From: a virus
Virus genome (UHGV): UHGV-0072542
Length of the DNA stretch: 17,746 bases
Reading direction: 5' to 3' (one strand)
Made by a program: the position numbers and the translations under genes. Position 1 is the stretch's first letter. Each line of letters starts with the position of its first letter. Under the pieces are notes generated by a model. That model worked only from the letters and a program-made list of their open reading frames with translations, did no database searches and was not told the origin of the DNA. Positions 15,879 through 17,746 of this stretch are shown in pieces.

Positions 15879-16117
15879 GCGATATTTCCCAGCTTATACG
15901 GTTCAATATGTTCCCCGCATTCTGCGGCATAGATCAGCTCGGAAAGTTCGTTAAGTGCATCCAGATCATCAGCGTAAAAAGCCACGTCATACAGACTTCG
16001 GATTGCTCTGGTCAATGAGTCACGGGCCGCACGTTCAGCATGAGCGCCTGATGCACTTAAGCGAAAATAAAAACGCTCAAGTGCTTTGTTAATGAGAGTT
16101 TTATATTCTTTGCCCAT
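15875..16117 (-). CDS. hypothetical early-operon protein (80 aa, acidic)
   Basis: ATG at 16115-16117 with an AAAGGG SD. The ORF-track start at 16120 is a GTG. Confidence 0.5.
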   Translation of the reverse strand: MGKEYKTLINKALERFYFRLSASGAHAERAARDSLTRAIRSLYDVAFYADDLDALNELSELIYAAECGEHIEPYKLGNIA

Positions 16118-16128
16118 CACAACGCCCT

Positions 16129-16407
16129 TTAATCTGCTTTCTGAATTTCAGCTTCTGAATCCATACAAATAATTTCGATATAGGGTTCATCGTCATTAAC
16201 CTGACGTGCCTTTTCAGCTTCGCTAATGATTTCTCGTACGGTCTGGTACGGAAGCTCCACAGTCAGGCGCGTACCGTTCAGATAAACGTAAGTAGCTGCG
16301 TTTTTTTCGAATGGAACAACTCCGTCAATGGCTGATGCGCGTAATAACAGTTCACCGCGAAAATCAATAAAACGGATAAATACACCTTGTGCATGCTCTT
16401 TGGTCAT
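16129..16407 (-). CDS. hypothetical early-operon protein (92 aa)
   Basis: The internal ATG at 16407 has an AGGUG SD 5 nt upstream. The ORF-track start at 16467 is a TTG. Confidence 0.5.
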   Translation of the reverse strand: MTKEHAQGVFIRFIDFRGELLLRASAIDGVVPFEKNAATYVYLNGTRLTVELPYQTVREIISEAEKARQVNDDEPYIEIICMDSEAEIQKAD

Positions 16408-16417
16408 AAAGCACCTG

Positions 16418-16768
16418 TTATAAATCAGCCTGTTTAATAAAACTTTGCCCGCGAAGCAGACGATCAACCGTGCGAAGTGCTTCGTATAATGTGAAATCCT
16501 GCCCGAAGTGATTGTCGCCGCAGTTCAATGCAAAAATGCGGTTTCCGGTAAACGGATTGCGTGGGCATTTGTGGACCACGATTCCAGCTTTCTCAATCAG
16601 CCAGGCATGCTCGCCGATTTGTTTTACAGCGTGGCCATCCGGTGTTGCGTGCGTCTCGTTCAGGTTATAGCGACTGTTACTACGTGATGCACTGGTAGCG
16701 ACGTGGTGTACATGGCGTTCTACGCCATTACGAAATTTGGAGTATGGATTATTAGCGTTTTTTTTCAT
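16418..16768 (-). CDS. hypothetical early-operon protein (116 aa), possibly regulatory
   Basis: ATG at 16768; basic N-terminus. Its position corresponds to the cII/regulatory slot of 186-like early operons, but no motif was confirmed. Confidence 0.5.
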   Translation of the reverse strand: MKKNANNPYSKFRNGVERHVHHVATSASRSNSRYNLNETHATPDGHAVKQIGEHAWLIEKAGIVVHKCPRNPFTGNRIFALNCGDNHFGQDFTLYEALRTVDRLLRGQSFIKQADL

Positions 16769-16789
16769 GATGGTGCTCTGTTCATTGTT

Positions 16790-16993
16790 TTAGCTGTTAG
16801 CCAAAGCGTCTTTTAACATCGCCACAAGGTTTACTTCAGGCTTTTCCATTTTGGCGCGTTTGGGTCGGATAATAATTCGACCGTCAGCCAACATCTTTTT
16901 GCATGTATTAAGAGGGATACCTGTTATCTCTGCATATTTCTGCAGGGATACATAGGGGGCATTCACATTGATATTGATGGTTATACCTGACAT
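16790..16993 (-). CDS. small putative DNA-binding protein (HTH; excisionase/Cox-like candidate)
   Basis: 67 aa. YVSLQKYAEITGIPLNTCKKMLADGRI looks like a helix-turn-helix. ATG at 16993 with an AGGAGG SD. Confidence 0.5.
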   Translation of the reverse strand: MSGITININVNAPYVSLQKYAEITGIPLNTCKKMLADGRIIIRPKRAKMEKPEVNLVAMLKDALANS

Positions 16994-17009
16994 CCCACTA
17001 GCCTCCTGA

Positions 17010-17216
17010 TCAGGAAGATTTGTTTTGTTCTTTCTGGGTTAGCTCTAGGCCGCGAAGGAAGATCATGCGCGCCATGTTAGAGGATGAGCGTTGTTCTTTA
17101 GCTGCCATTTCATCAATGACGGCTCGCTCCTCGAGGGACAGCCGAAGTGCCAGTCTTGGACCTGTGGCGGTGTTACGCGGAATGCGTGATCTGGTATCGT
17201 GAAGAACTTGTTTCAT
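17010..17216 (-). CDS. first early-operon gene; putative ribbon-helix-helix-like regulator (Cro/Cox/Apl position)
   Basis: 68 aa. RLALRLSLEERAVIDEMAAKEQRSSSNMARMIF has a beta-strand-helix-helix pattern. It is divergent from the repressor gene and sits directly downstream of the operator/promoter. Confidence 0.45.
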   Translation of the reverse strand: MKQVLHDTRSRIPRNTATGPRLALRLSLEERAVIDEMAAKEQRSSSNMARMIFLRGLELTQKEQNKSS

Positions 17217-17291
17217 AGTGGTATATTGTGATCATCTAATAGCTCGTGAAATCATTTTGGTATCAAAAAAGATACCTGTCAAGGTTTTTGT
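17217..17291. promoter_or_regulatory. divergent switch region: early promoter (minus strand) with palindromic operator in its spacer
   Basis: Minus-strand TTGACA (complement of 17277-17282), a 17-nt spacer, then a CAAAAT -10-like hexamer. The spacer contains the perfect palindrome GGTATC-AAAAAA-GATACC (17259-17276). A GGTAT half-site-like copy lies at 17219-17223. Confidence 0.45.
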
Positions 17292-17696
17292 ATGAAAAAT
17301 GATATTGGTCAGCGGTTGCGTGAGGAAAGGGAAAGATTGGGACTTAGTCAAGTTGCCATGAGCGACATTGGTGGAGTCAAAAAGCTAACTCAGCTTAGAT
17401 ATGAGAAAGGAGATAGCTTTCCTGATGCTGCGTATTTGGCAGCGCTGTCTCGTTTTGGCCTTGATGTTCAGTATGTTGTGTTGGGAATTCACTCATCTGA
17501 AACTTATAACGATGATGAGCAGGAGTTGATTACTCGCTTTCGAGCAGCTTCGTTAGATGTGAAAAATGCGGTGATTGGGGCTTTAAAAGGTGCGATCAGT
17601 GAAAAGGAAACTCAGCCATCAGGACGTGAGTTAAATATTTCTGGTGGTAATAACCGTATCGCTGGTCGTGACTATAACGAAACTAAGGGTAGGTGA
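17292..17696 (+). CDS. phage repressor, XRE-family HTH (immunity repressor candidate)
   Basis: 134 aa. IGQRLREERERLGLSQVAMSDIGGVKKLTQLRYEKGDSFPDAAYLAALSRFGLDV is a canonical XRE HTH. The gene is divergent from the early operon and AT-rich. Confidence 0.8.
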   Translation: MKNDIGQRLREERERLGLSQVAMSDIGGVKKLTQLRYEKGDSFPDAAYLAALSRFGLDVQYVVLGIHSSETYNDDEQELITRFRAASLDVKNAVIGALKGAISEKETQPSGRELNISGGNNRIAGRDYNETKGR

Positions 17697-17712
17697 TAGT
17701 AGGGAGGTGACA

Positions 17713-17746
17713 TGGCCGTCAACTCAAACGGTTCAAACAATCGCGT
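17713..17746 (+). CDS. 5' end of an unidentified gene running off the window (integrase would be expected here in 186-like layouts, but the N-terminus does not confirm it)
   Basis: ATG at 17713 preceded by GGGAGGTGA; reads MAVNSNGSNNR... to the window edge. Confidence 0.3.

Noticed and set aside
1-17746. tRNA genes, CRISPR arrays, IS elements or transposases
   Set aside because: No cloverleaf-compatible segments, spacer-repeat arrays, terminal inverted repeats with a transposase ORF, or DDE-type proteins were seen on either strand.

Overview
The window is almost entirely a P2/186-family temperate phage (prophage or phage-plasmid), in reverse orientation relative to the standard P2 map. All calls are from reading the sequence and recalling protein families; no database search was run.

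Layout, left to right:
- 1-1444 (- strand): a gene running off the left edge, encoding a DUF1737 plus SGNH/sialate-O-acetylesterase-like protein (NanS-p-like). It is absent from the supplied ORF track, apparently because it has no in-window stop.
- 1441-2902 (-): lysis cassette and tail protein X, in the order gpX, holin, M15-peptidase endolysin, Rz (i-spanin), Rz1 (o-spanin).
- 2902-6341 (-): capsid operon O (scaffold), N (major capsid), M (small terminase), L (head completion). L is split across two frames by an extra 50 bp.
- 6463-9260 (+): terminase large subunit (gpP) and portal (gpQ).
- 9261-11896: the cos-proximal cargo locus, where P2 carries old/tin. Here it holds an R1-type ParM/ParR partition pair and an AT-richer two-gene cassette. 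One cassette product ends in a near-perfect copy of the ClpX N-terminal C4 zinc-binding domain. I regard this cassette as the best candidate for an undescribed system.
- 11897-14719 (-): gpA rolling-circle replication initiator.
- 14726-17216 (-): early operon of small genes, including an unannotated 37-codon hydrophobic peptide.
- 17217-17696: divergent operator/promoter region and an XRE-family repressor on the + strand; a further gene begins at 17713 and leaves the window.

The exact cos site could not be located. No tRNA, CRISPR array or transposase was seen.
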